Part shown: positions 21,881-34,089 of the stretch, one piece after another
Layout of the letters: each line of letters starts with the position of its first letter
Numbering within the stretch: position 1 is the stretch's first letter
Source: the human T2T-CHM13v2.0 reference genome, Homo sapiens
DNA length: 64,000 nt
Strand: one strand, 5' to 3'
NCBI RefSeq assembly: GCF_009914755.1
Contig: NC_060930.1
Position numbers and translations under genes: made by a program
The notes under the pieces: model-generated
Database searches by the model: none
What the model was told of the DNA's origin: nothing
Seen by the model: the letters and a program-made list of their open reading frames with translations, nothing else

Positions 21881-22047
21881 TGGATGCTTTATGGCTAAGG
21901 TTCACTTGCTTCTTTGCAAACAAACAAATCCAGTGTTTCTGTTTCCTCTTGTAGGTAACTGTCTATTGACTTAATATTACAACAATCCACATTATTTCAA
22001 CATTTCTTAACTTTTCTTTTCGATCCTTCTTGAGTGGCAGGATTGTT

Positions 22048-22326
22048 GAGTAGATAAACAAAATGTAATATGTTCATACAATGAAATATTACTCAGCGAT
22101 GAAAAGGAATGAAGTACTGATACATGCTACAACATGAATGAACCTTGAATACATTATGCAAAGTAAAAGAAGCCAGGCACAAAAGGATACATATTGTATG
22201 ATTCCATTAGTATGAAATGTTCAGAATAGACAAATCTAGAGACAGAAAGTAGATAAATGGTTGGCAGAGGCTGTGGGGAGGGAGGCAATAGGGATTGGCT
22301 GCTAATGAGGATGGGTTTTTTTTTGG
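22048..22326 (+). mobile_element. L1MB-type 3' fragment
   Basis: aaaaggaatgaagtactgatacatgctacaacatgaatgaaccttgaa...agacagaaagtagat. Confidence 0.85.
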
Positions 22327-22582
22327 TAAGACAACTACTATTAGGTCCCTGCTCCAGTCTTTGTCTCAGAACCAAGTTTTGGTATCAAGACAACCAGAAA
22401 GAAATATTATCCTTCTGTGGCCTCACGCAGTGAAACTTCTGCGAGTGACAAACTTTCCCAAAGAACCCACGGTAGTCTTTGCATCTATATACTTATACTA
22501 AAGTTTCCCAAATAATTAATAAGCATTTCTCACCCACAGGTTACTCATCTTAGGGCTTAATTTGTAAAGCTTCTTGAAAGCT

Positions 22583-22741
22583 TTGGTATCCAAAGTGTGG
22601 CTCTAGGCCTACACGGCCACTGCTTAGAAGCATGTTACAAATGTAAATTCTGGGGCCTCACTTAGGCCTATTGAATTAGAGTCTGCATTTTAACAAGGTC
22701 CTTAGGTGATTCCTGAGCATCATGAAGTATGAGAAGCTCTG
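22583..22741. mobile_element. MER5A1/MER5B-like DNA transposon fragment
   Basis: ccaaagtgtgg...gagtctgcattttaacaagg...aggtgattc...gagaagctctg. Confidence 0.65.
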
Positions 22742-22774
22742 CTTTAAAGAACAGACATGCCTACACTGCCAGAA

Positions 22775-22965
22775 TGTGATTCAAAGACCAAAATCCCACC
22801 TCTGCCAAATATTGGCCATGTAAATGTGAGCAAGTCGTATAGAGACTGTGAGCTTCAGTTTCTGCATCTGTAAAAGAGATCACATAACCAACAGCACAGG
22901 GTTGTTGAAGGATGATAGTAGAACCCATGAAAAGTATTTGAAATGGTGCTGGGTATACGTTGTCA
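22775..22965 (+). mobile_element. MIR fragment
   Basis: aatcccacctctgcca...gagcttcagtttctgcatctgtaaaa...cagggttgttgaaggat. Confidence 0.7.
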
Positions 22966-24845
22966 AAGCAAGGCTGACCCTGTGTGGACGTGACTTTTGA
23001 TGTCAGGATGAACTCCAGAGCAAGGGCAACCTCGTCTTTTTGGTCCTGCCCTGGGACTTCCCCAGGCCAGAGTGGCATGGGTGGCAGTGGAAGTGGGAGG
23101 TGAGGCGGTCATGCATTTGTGGTGGCCAGGGGCCTGGAAAATCTGATGTCAAGGAATGTCCCAGAAGCAGGAGGAAGGTTGACAGGGCTCAGGGAGAGAC
23201 CCGCTTCCTTTAGCTTTATCAGTATATTCACACACAAGGATTTTTGCACATCTAGCCTCAAACCAAGGGACAGTCCAATGAGAGAATTGAAAAGGGGAAA
23301 TGTAAGTCAGCAATAAAGGACTTAAAACATAAGAGAGAGAACTAAGAAGGTAGGAAAAAAGGAGTGATAACCACACCCAGACTCTAAAAGAGCTCTGAGG
23401 ATAATCAGTTTAGCCCGCAGCAGAACCTATTGTACAGGCAGATCTTCCCGGTCTCTGCCCCTGTGGGGTTTGCAGGTGAATGCATTGATAGAGGGGGAAT
23501 TTTCCTATTGCCACTAACAGGCTCAGGACACATTTTCAGAATGCATTATAAAAACAGCACTTCCTCAGCGTCCCTCACTGTGGTCACACTTCCTGATCAA
23601 CATGGATTTTGTTATAATAGTTTCTCTCTGTTGACAGAAATGTAGCTGGCAAACTCAGGCAGCCTGCAGCTGGATCCTGAGCCAAAACAAACACACCCTT
23701 TGGCTCCTCCTAGCTCCAGATGATTGTAGTTTTTGACTAGGTGCCCTGGCAGCCTCCATGGCTATCATTGTTATTATTTCAACTTATTGTAAACTTTCTA
23801 AAATAATTCGAGTAAAGATATATATTCCATGATAGGACAAGGGTCAGCTAAGTTCACTGTAAGAGGAGAAAACACAGAGCGAGGTGTAAAGCTGCCTGGG
23901 GCAGTGTTCTTTAGAAATAGAGATTCATGACCTTCTAGATCCCCTTTCCAGTGTCCTGTTGCCTGAACTGTTTTTCACATTATAGGGGCGACATGATACA
24001 CTGAGTGTAAAATATGCCAACATGATCTAGAATCTACTGGTTATTTTTGCACCTGGTTTTAATTCTGGCCACCAGAAAGTAAAATAAAATAAATAGGATC
24101 TTCAGTTTCATTTTTTAAAATTTATATTATTTCTTTTTTTCATATTTCTATTTCTATCTCTACTTTCGTTTTGACATTTCTATGTATTAGATATTACCAT
24201 GAACTCCTGAAATTGTGGCAAATTGAGTGGGTAGTAGAGTTAAAGTCTCTCTCTGCCTTTTTCCAATCTGCTCTCATTTTCACTTATTTATGTGCTTCTT
24301 CCCCCTGTCTCTGACACACGCCAGTGCCTCCCAGACTCCTAAGCAGGTGTGTATGTGCTGGAAACTTCCACCAGGGCTTCCCCATTGTGTCCTAAATCCC
24401 ACTTTCCGCCGCGCTGCTTCCTCACCCTCTCTGTCTGTTTCCTGCATCTATTTCTGTAACTTTCATTAAACACTTGTTGTCTGCCTTGGGTTGTTAAGAT
24501 GCTGGCTTCTCTGACCAAAAGGTGTTGTCACTTTTAAATCTTCCTTGTTTGCATCCTCATTTGTCCTGGCAATGTTATTTTGCACTAAAGAGACTGTGAA
24601 GATGAGTTTATAGAATTCCTTAATTCCATGATATCTTGCTCTGGGCCACTAAAAGGGGGATGAAAGAATGTGATAATACATCTTTATTATTTTCCAAATG
24701 CTAAAAGAGGTAACCAAGCTCATGATATTTCATAGAAATCCTCTACTGAAGTAAACGGAGACAGTGCCACGCAAACCGACAATTAGTTCCCAAAGACCTG
24801 AGTCCTCAAGTTGGCTTGTCTTCCTTTTACTCTATGTCTTAAGTT

Positions 24846-25231
24846 TGTGGTACATATACACCATAGAATACTATGCAGCCGTAAAAAAAATGAGATCATA
24901 TCCTTTCCAGGAACATGGATGGAGCTGGTAGCCATTATTCTTAGCAAACTAATGCAGGAGCCAAAAACAAAACACTGCACGTTCTCACTTATAAGTGGGA
25001 GCTAAATGATGAGAACATATGGACACATAGAGGGGAAAAACACACACTGGGGCTTACTAGAGGGTGGAAGATGGGAGGAGGGAGAAGATCAGGAAAAACA
25101 ACAAATGGTTACTAGGCTTAATACCTGGGTGACAAAATAATCTGTACAACAAACCCCCATGGCACAAGCTTATCTATATAACAAACCTGAACATGTGCCC
25201 CTGAACTTAAAATAAAAGTTAAAGTTAAAAA
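24846..25231 (+). mobile_element. L1PA (PA12/13-like) 3' stub
   Basis: tgtggtacatatacaccatagaatactatgcagcc ... aggcttaatacctgggtgacaaaataatctgtacaacaaacccc ... gaacttaaaataaaagtt. Confidence 0.9.
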
Positions 25232-25373
25232 ATGAGCTAATTTAAATAAGCAACAATTATGTCATTTTGCCCCTCATGACCTATGGCTTTTGTCAACATC
25301 GTCAGGATATATGTCAGGTTTTTCCTTCAGTCAAAAGACAAAATTACAGCACATTTACTTGAACAATCTATTT

Positions 25374-25579
25374 TTTCATTATATTTTAAGTTTTCGGGTA
25401 CATGTGCAGAACGTGCAGTTTTGTTTCGTAGGTATACACATGCCATGGTGGTTTGCTGCACCCATCAACCTGTCATCTACATTAGGTATTTCTCCTAATG
25501 CTGTCCCTCCCCTACCCCCAACCCCCCTACAGGCCCCGGAGTGTTATGTTCCCCTCCCTGTGTCCATGTGTTCTCATTG
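25374..25579 (-). mobile_element. L1PA (PA7-like) ~200-bp 3' stub
   Basis: gggtacatgtgcagaacgtgcag...gtgtccatgtgttctcattg; perfect 14-bp TSD tgaacaatctattt (25360-25373 / 25581-25594). Confidence 0.92.
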
Positions 25580-25629
25580 GTGAACAATCTATTTGGCTTG
25601 TAGTTGTGATTCTAAGATTGGGCAACATT

Positions 25630-25942
<313 letters not shown>

Positions 25943-26728
25943 TCATTCTACAAAACAGAATTCTATACAATAGAGAGTGTGTTGCAATGAGCTGAGCAGA
26001 GGAGAGTGGCTTTCAGTTAGAAAAAGGTTGAAGAAGGCAGAGACAAAGAATGAAAAGTGGATTGATCATTCCAGAATGACTTTCTTTATAGGTTTCAGCA
26101 GTGGGAAATTCCTTAATATGCCAGCTCAGGTAAACTAGGTTTCTTCTGGTTGATTGCTGTCAATCTCCTGGTTTTGTGTTTGTTTGCTTATTTTTATTTA
26201 TTTTTTAAAATTTTTGAAAACTGGCCTGTTTCAGAGTTTAGTTTAATTATGTGGTATTTAGCGTGAGTGACTTCATTCTGGTTTAGTTTGGTTGGCTGGG
26301 GCCCAGTGTAGGAGCACAGTCCCAATACTGACCTCACGTAACTTGGTTTAGTACCTCCAAAAACGGGAGTGAGGAGCAGAGCACCCCATAGATAACCTTT
26401 CTTCACCCATCAGGACTCTCAGGTAGAGGGTGACACCCATTAACCATCACAGTGCTCAGCCGCTTGCCACACAGGACTAACTTGTATAGTTGCCAAGAGA
26501 AATTGGCCAAAGAACTCAGGATCGTCTCTTCCCTGCTGTGCTCTGGGTTGTTCGGTCACATTGTCATGACAGTTCTTCCCACTTGTTCTTTGGGTGCCCA
26601 TGGAAACTTAGTTTACTTTGTCAGTTTTCTTATCTGGCAGAAAACTAGTCTCCATGGTGACTAAGAGCCTCAGACATAAGGAGGGCAAAAATCAGTAATG
26701 GAAACAGTAATTGAGTTTGAGAGTTCTT

Positions 26729-26846
26729 TGGGGGAGACTGAAAGGTATTGGTAATTATAGTGCAGTTGTAATACCTGCTGGAGTATGGGGGAGACTGAAA
26801 GGTATTGGTAATTATAGTGCAGTTGTAATACCTGCTGGAGTATGGG
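26729..26846. repeat. Perfect 57-bp tandem duplication (2 copies)
   Basis: tgggggagactgaaaggtattggtaattatagtgcagttgtaatacctgctggagta occurs twice with no mismatch. Confidence 0.97.
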
Positions 26847-26914
26847 CGAGCCTGGGAGATGTTGTACTCAACATTTTGTTGAAGTGTTTTTGAACCTTCT
26901 TGAAGCTCTTAGGG

Positions 26915-27124
26915 CAATGCTATCTCACAGAACTTCCTGTGGTGATGAAAACGCTCTGTATCTGCACTGCCATATGGTAGCCACTAGCCACATATGCCTA
27001 CGGAGCACTTGAAATATGAGAGTGCAACTGAGGAACGGAATTTTGTTTCTATTTAATGTTATTGAAGTTATACTTAAATTGAAATAGCCACATAGACTAT
27101 TGGGCTGTGTAGGGGACAGTGCAA
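26915..27124 (+). mobile_element. MER3 hAT-Charlie element
   Basis: agaacttcctgtggtgatgaaa...ggtagccactagccaca...gagcacttgaaat...aaatagccaca...ggacagtgca. Confidence 0.85.
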
Positions 27125-27311
27125 TTCTAGGTATCTGGCGTGTGCACACCTTGGTAGCCCATCTTTACTTCTAGTTTTCTGGAAGAAAGGAAGGCCACGA
27201 GCATGCATGACACACTCCTCTCTCCAGCATCAGCAAAGTCATCATTAAGAAGCCTCTAGATGTGTACCTATATGTTCCCACTAGACTGTATACTCTAAAG
27301 AAAGGGACTTT

Positions 27312-27612
27312 TCAGCAAACTAACACAGGAACAAAAAACCAAACACCGCATGTTCTCACTCATAAGTGGGAGTTGAACAATGAGAACACATGGACACAGA
27401 GAGGGGAACATCACACACCGGGACCTGTCGGGGGGTGGGGGGCAAAAGGAGGGAGAGCATTAGGACAAATACCTAATATGTGTGGGGCTTAAAACCTAGA
27501 TGACAGGTTGATAGGTGCAGCAAACCACCATGGGACATGTATACCTATGGAACAAACCTGCAGGTTCTGCACATGTATCCCAGAACTTAAAGTAAAATAC
27601 AAAAAAAAAAAA
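27312..27612 (+). mobile_element. L1PA (PA8-like) 3' stub
   Basis: cagcaaactaacacaggaac...ggggcttaaaacctagatgac...cccagaacttaaagtaaaat plus A-tail; TSD aaagaaagg(g/a)act. Confidence 0.92.
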
Positions 27613-27758
27613 GAAAGGAACTATTTTTATCTCATTCACTGCTGTACATTGAGTGTAAACTATTGTGCCTACCAGAGAGGTTTCAAAAACTACTAGTTGA
27701 ACCATTTTCCACATGGATTAGTCATAGGATCATAAAGTGTCAAAGCCAAAGGGACTTT

Positions 27759-28310
27759 TGTGATTGCAGTGGATCTACCCTCAATCACTTTATTTCTTCC
27801 TTCTGGCCAAACTCAATGCTATTGGCATGTCCATGACTCTCCACTATGACTCAGTGAAATGTGGCCCTCTCTCTTCAAATGTAGGGGTAAGTCCTGATTG
27901 GTAAAAAACAAATCATGGCTGTTAGGCCTTATTCCTTGGACAATAAAGGATTTAAAGGTAGGCATATACCCTAGTTCCAATCAGTAAGACATGAGGGATT
28001 TCTTCTGGGAGTGATGTTGGGAAAGATTTACTCATAAAAGGGACATAAAGAAGAGGCAGCCCTTTTTTTTGTTTTTTTTTTTTTTTGCTTCTAGGTATTC
28101 TTGGGTCTGGATGTGAAGTCTGGAACCGCTGTAGCCATTTTGTGAACACTGGGGGAATTGAGCTGAGAAGAGGGAGTTGTGAAGGATATAGAATCGTTGA
28201 TGCTTAATGGCTTAATCAACTAACCCTGAAATCTGCCCAATATCTGGACATTTTGTTATGGGGGATAATACATTTCTTTATTTTTAAAGCCCATAGGATA
28301 AAGATTTTCA
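27759..28310 (+). mobile_element. Old MLT1 (J/K/L-like) MaLR LTR fragment
   Basis: gaagtctggaaccgctgtagccattttg...accctgaaatctgcc...ctggacattttgttatg...tttaaagcc. Confidence 0.55.
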
Positions 28311-28317
28311 CAGACTG

Positions 28318-28751
28318 ACATCTGGGCAAGGTTTAGCCGAGTCCTCTGCAAAGCTATAATCAATGAGTTAGCAAAGACTGCGTTCTCATCTGAAGCCTGA
28401 CTGGAGAAGAATTTAATTCCAAGCTCAGCTGGTTGTTGTCAGCATTCAGTTCTTTACAACCTATCAGAGGTCTTTACTTTTTTGCTAGTTTTTGGCCAGA
28501 AGCTACTGTCACCTCCTTTCTGTATAACCTTCCCTATGATGAAGCTCACATTTCAGCTCGCTTCTTCAAAACCATCAACAGAGGATCTCATCACATGATG
28601 GGTGTTACAGTCTTATGCAATGTAATGATGTACATCTTACCGTGTTTGCTGTATTCTCTTAGAAGTAAGTCTTAGATCTTGCCCATGCTCCAGAGCAGAG
28701 GGTCACACAAGGGCATGAACATGAGGACCACCCTAGAGTCCATTCGCCACA
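28318..28751 (-). mobile_element. MLT1 (F/G-like) MaLR LTR fragment
   Basis: ctcatctgaagcctgactggagaaga...ttccaagctca...tagaagtaagtc...acacaagggcatgaaca...tagagtccattcgccaca. Confidence 0.65.
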
Positions 28752-28889
28752 ACGTCATTATTTTAAAGGTGAAGAAATTGGCCTAGGGGAGTGGTTTGCT
28801 TTCCAAAGATATAGCTGCATGGTAGAAAAACTAGGAGGAGACTCTCCACATTTTTATTTCAACCCAGGACATACTCCATTAAGTAGCTC

Positions 28890-29060
28890 TGTGAAGTGAT
28901 CCATGTGACTTAACCTCTCTGAGCTTCTGTTTTCTGATTTCTAAGACAAGGCTAATGAGATCCCTCTTTAAGAAATTGTTTGGAGTGTTTCATACGGTAG
29001 CACTTGTAAGTGCCTATCTTGGTTTCTGCAGATATTAGATGTTAAAAAATATTAGTTTCT
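28890..29060 (+). mobile_element. MIR fragment
   Basis: gtgacttaacctctctgagcttctgttttctgatttctaa. Confidence 0.6.
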
Positions 29061-29945
29061 ATATGCTCCCTTCTGTTTTATCATGTAGTCTCATTTATTT
29101 CTTTAGTGGGGAGGACTAGAGTGTTTAGTTTACTGTGATTTACTTTTAAAGTTTAGAAGTAATCTGTTAGGTTGAAAATAATGGTAAGCAAAGGTTTTTC
29201 AAACCCTCTCAGGGGTAGAAATCTAGATCCAAAGTTAAACAGGGATCCCTGATTTAAGAGGTGCTAACCTAATCGTGTCTGCTTTGGCCACAATCTGTGA
29301 ACTCAAAGTCACAGAAATTGTATTGCAGAACCGAGCTCTGGGAACTTTCTCTTTAGTATTTTTCTGTTTAAAATTAAGGTCAACCACTTCCACTGGAGAG
29401 CATTTTTTCATGCAAGTTGACTGTTATAAATAGTACACCAATAAATGCTTTAAAGGGAGGCTGTAGGCTCGATGGTTAATGAAAATTCTTAAAGTGCTGC
29501 TGTTAGGCTGTGATTCCTGAAATGAAATTCAGAAATTTCCATGGGTTCAATGTAAGTTCACTTTATCAAGTCTGCATGAATATTCTCATTCCTTCTTCCT
29601 GACCCACGCTGAATTGTTTTATAGCAGAAGGTCAAACAGGGTATGTGTTCTTTCTCACTACAGTATCAGACTGTTGTCCTCTGGGGACAAGAGTCCTTAT
29701 ATACAGGTGAACTGTCATGTGTGATATGAAAGTAATGTCTTATGATAGACTTTGACAGAATTAAGAGCCAGACTTTTGTCCTCTTATTTATTAAGTTAAG
29801 CTCCTGAGGGAGAGATGTGTATTACAAGTGTTCCAACAATACTCATGGATATTTCTCTAAGGTCTTAGTTCCATGGTGCCATTCTGGCCTTTATCTGAAG
29901 TCTGAATTGCTTTAACTATAATTATTTTGTAGTCTCGGTCTTCTT

Positions 29946-30070
29946 ATAATAAAAATAATTAAGAGTTATTGAGATCTCACCATGTGCCAGGCCAAACTTT
30001 GTCCTAAGTTCTTTACATATCCTGAGTCACGTAATCCTCTCAAATACCCTTGATGTAGATACTACAATCA
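29946..30070 (-). mobile_element. MIR fragment
   Basis: ttattgag...ccatgtgccaggc...ctaagttctttacatat...taatcctc. Confidence 0.6.
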
Positions 30071-30609
30071 CTGTGGATATATTCTTAGAACAGGTATAGA
30101 TAAAATATATGTGGCTAACTTAAGTTTACCTCTGATTTTGTCTGCAAAATGCAGGATATCATTAATGATATTAGAGGGTAGAAGCAAACCTGTTTTTCTT
30201 CTTATCTGCACTTGTCTAACAGAACATCTAACTGTTTAATTTACTCTAGCCTTTGCTAAAGTAAGAGGGCCAAGACATTCAGAGTCTCATAGTTTACTCT
30301 GAAGACATCCCCAGGTCTTCAAGCGTAAGGATCATCTTATAACACTTATTTTTTTCTGAAATACCTGGCCCATGAAGATTACTCACTGAAAATTATAGAA
30401 TTAGAATTTAATTTAATATTAATATGCCTTCTGAATTATAATTATCTGAAATATTGCTATGTAATAAATGTGTTTATTATGCACAAATATTTTACACATA
30501 AGTAAAAGAAGAAAAAACACTTAACTAAGATTTACTTGAACACAATAATGAAAATAATAATAAGTGTATAATAGTCATTCCAAATAGCCTATGAATATTT
30601 GTCAACAAA

Positions 30610-30910
30610 TTTTTTTTTTTTTTCTTGAGATGGAGTCTCACTCTTACTCACCCAGGCTGGAGTGCAGTGGCATGATCTTGGCTCACCGTAACCTCCATCT
30701 CCTGGGTTGAAGCAGTTCTCCCACCTCAGCCTTGTGAGTAGCTGGGATTACAGGTGTGCACCACCACGCCTGGATAATTTTTTTATTTTTAGTAGAGATG
30801 GGGTTTTGCCATATTGGCCAGGCTGGTCTCGAACTCCTGGCCTCAAGTGGTCGGCCTGCCTTGGCCTCCCAAAGTGCTAGAATTACAGGCATGTGCCACC
30901 ATGCCCAGCC
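30610..30910 (-). mobile_element. Alu (AluJb/Sz-like)
   Basis: Poly-T, gagatggagtctcactc ... gccaccatgcccagcc; TSD core tttgtcaa. Confidence 0.95.
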
Positions 30911-33900
30911 TGATTTGTCAATAGTTAATATATTTTAACATTTTTACTTTCATGTGCTTTCAGAGAAGATGAGCAGTTTGTGCTGGCATCAGCAGCACTC
31001 TGCCTTCTTCTCTTGGCTGATTTTTATCACAGGAGAGGCACTTACTCATGGCTTCTGTATTGGACACAACACTACCATCATGTATTTTTATTGGATTACA
31101 ACTAATTAGAGCAGACTTGTAATTTCTACCCTTGAGGAGTGCAACAGGATCATACACTTCTATTTTCAAATCCAGAACAACTACCAAATTTTATGGTTTG
31201 AGTAACCATGTTTTAGTGGACCTCAGCTAATCAAGCACCACCAGGATTAAAAAAAGACCACTGAGACTCTATATATTCTATGTCCAGTGGATTTTTGAAT
31301 GAAGAAGTTGTTTAATTATTTATGAAGGTTTTTATGTATTTATTTTTGCCAATAGCTTATGGCTGACTCTTTAAGGCTAACCAATGGTTTTGAGTTGAGG
31401 TCAGGGGCTTTCTGACATAACAGACTGCTAAATCTCACCTGGTTTAAGTATCTTAGCATCATCAGAGGTCATATAGAAATTAAAATATAGTGTCAGAAAC
31501 TCTTTCAAGGAAATAAGACACATATTATTTTGAGAAGAACTATTAAGAGAATCTAGATCCTGTAGAGTTTCCAAATATTACATATCAGTAACTTGATAAT
31601 TTGTTTTAGTCTCATCACTGGCAGATTAACTGTGTAACACAGAACAATGGATTTACTTGAAAAGTTTTATTCCTCCCATATGCATGAGAATCAGAAACAT
31701 AGACATGGATGTGATTCTTTGCATGGCATGTTCATAGCCAATCAACAACTGACATTTAACTGAACAGATAGGTTCATAAGTAGTTTGGGTGCTAACATAT
31801 GGTGACATTTCCAATTATAGGTCCCTACTGTAACAGTGGAATTTCTCTTCATTTAAAACAAATGTAATAACACAAAAGAAAGCTCACTTGATGTCCATTT
31901 CATATGTCTGAATAAGTGGAAGTGTTTGATATAACTAAAGGAAAATAATTTGTTGCCTTAGACAGTCAAAAATGTGTTATACTTAGAAAAAATAAAGGCA
32001 TATGTATTATGGAAGAGATTTGCAGCCTTATATCAGGTTTTTCTTAGATCTCAGATGACTGGATTAAATTAATGTATCTCACAGGAGAAATAAGCAGAGT
32101 ATATTACACTCTGGATTGAAAAATCCTAGGAAAAGAAGCTTGCAAGCCACCCAACCGTCCTAAACCAAATAAAAAGTTGAAAAAACTGAAAATTTAATGA
32201 TTCTTAGATCTGTAGGAGAAGGGAAGTCATAGGGCAACCTGCTGACCCCAAAATTGGGGAGACAGAAGGGCAGACCCAGAGAATCATAATTTACCCAAGT
32301 AGAATCACAAGCAGATACTTCCATGGTCACCACCACTGCTGTGGTAGAAAAATCTTAACTGTAATTGATGAATTGCTTGAGGCTCAGTGTGGACAACTCT
32401 GAAAGTCAAAAACTCCAGGGAGACTCTGTCACAGATGGGCCCCTGCACTTTGGTGAGTTTTACTTTTAGGTGCATGACCTGGGTCTCCCAGTGAATATCC
32501 GAGAAGAATTAGCTAGTGCTTCTAGTGCTTCTAGCAGAGGGAGGGGAAAGGGAGCCATTCTGAAGGCACTCCATTCTTCTTAACGAGGTCTGCCCTCAGT
32601 AGAAGCTAGTTAACTAGAGCCTAATTTGCTGGGGTTTTATCAGAGCCTAAGCTGACCTGGATGAAGGAAAATCACCAACACCAGCCACCTCTAGCTGCCC
32701 ACATAGAAAGGAAATACCTAACACTAGCCCACTTTAGCCATTCTGTCCCACCTATGGAAGTGAAGACTGAGAAGCAGTTATGAAGTTCACAGTCCAGAGC
32801 CACAGGCTCACTGAAAGACTGAGACCTAATCATAGAACTCTAGCACACTTATCCCCATCCCTCTCCGCACCTTACTATCTATCATATGACTAAAGTCCTA
32901 CTTACAGAAGTTTCTTTTACCCAGCACATCATGTGCAGCTACGAAGAAAAATCACAAGGCATACCAGAGGGCAAAAAACCCCACAGTATGAAGTGACAAA
33001 AGCAACCATCAGAACTACACGCGTATATGGCAGGATGTTGGAATTATCAGATGGTGAATTTAAAACAACTATGATAAACATGCTAAGAGATCTAATGGAT
33101 AAAGTGGGAACAGCATGCAAAAACAAATGGGTAATGTATGCAGGTGGGAAATTCTAAGAACCAATATAAAATGTTAGAGATCAAAAACACTATAACAGAA
33201 ATTAAGAACAACTTTGATAAGTTTATTAGTAGACTGGACATGGCCTAGGCAAGAATTTCTCAGAGTGAGGGGGTTTCTTAATAGAAAACTCTAAATTTAA
33301 AAAGTGAAGAGAGAAGACTGAAAGAATCAGAATATCCAAGAACTGTGAGACAACTACCAAAGTTGTAACATACATGGAATAGAAATGCCAGAAGAATAAG
33401 AAAGAAAGAAAGGAGCAAAAGAAATATTAGAAACAATAATGACTGAGAATTTCTCCTAAATTAATGTCAAGCAAGAAACTACAGGTTTAGGAAGCTCAAG
33501 CAGAACAAGTGCCAAAAAATACACCTAAGCGTATTATTAAAACTACAGAAAATCAAATATTTTTTAAAAATCCTGAAAGATATATATACTTATAGAAAAA
33601 CAAAAGTAAGAATTTTATCCAAGTTTTACTCAGAAACCATGCAAGCAAGAAAAGAGTGAAGTGAAATATTTAAAGTAAGAGAGAGAACAAAACCCACCAA
33701 CCTAGAATTTTGTGCCCTGTGAAACCGTCCTTCAAAAGTGCAGAAGAAACAGGAGTTTCTCAGACAAACAGAAAGGGAAGGAATTTTTTGCCTATAGACT
33801 TGCCTTGAAAGAAATGTTAAAAGAAATTGTTTAGGGAGAAGGAAAATGATAGAGGTTTAAAGATTAGATTTATATAAAGAAAGGAATAGCATGAAATAAA

Positions 33901-34019
33901 GAATAAATGTAAATAGAAATTTTCTTTTACTCTTGTTATCTGTTAAATCAACTACTCTTAATTGATCTAACATAAAACAATTTGTTAAAAATAATTAATA
34001 GTGGTAATGTATTTTATTA

Positions 34020-34053
34020 TGTATGAATATATGTATATATAAATATGTGTGTA

Positions 34054-34089
<36 letters not shown>
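34020..34089. repeat. (TA)n/(TG)n microsatellite within the L1MC
   Basis: Directly visible dinucleotide runs. Confidence 0.9.

Noticed and set aside
26711-26893. ORF with a 19-aa repeat; possible CRISPR-like or coding repeat
   Set aside because: Only two abutting copies with no spacers; it is a simple tandem duplication in primate DNA.
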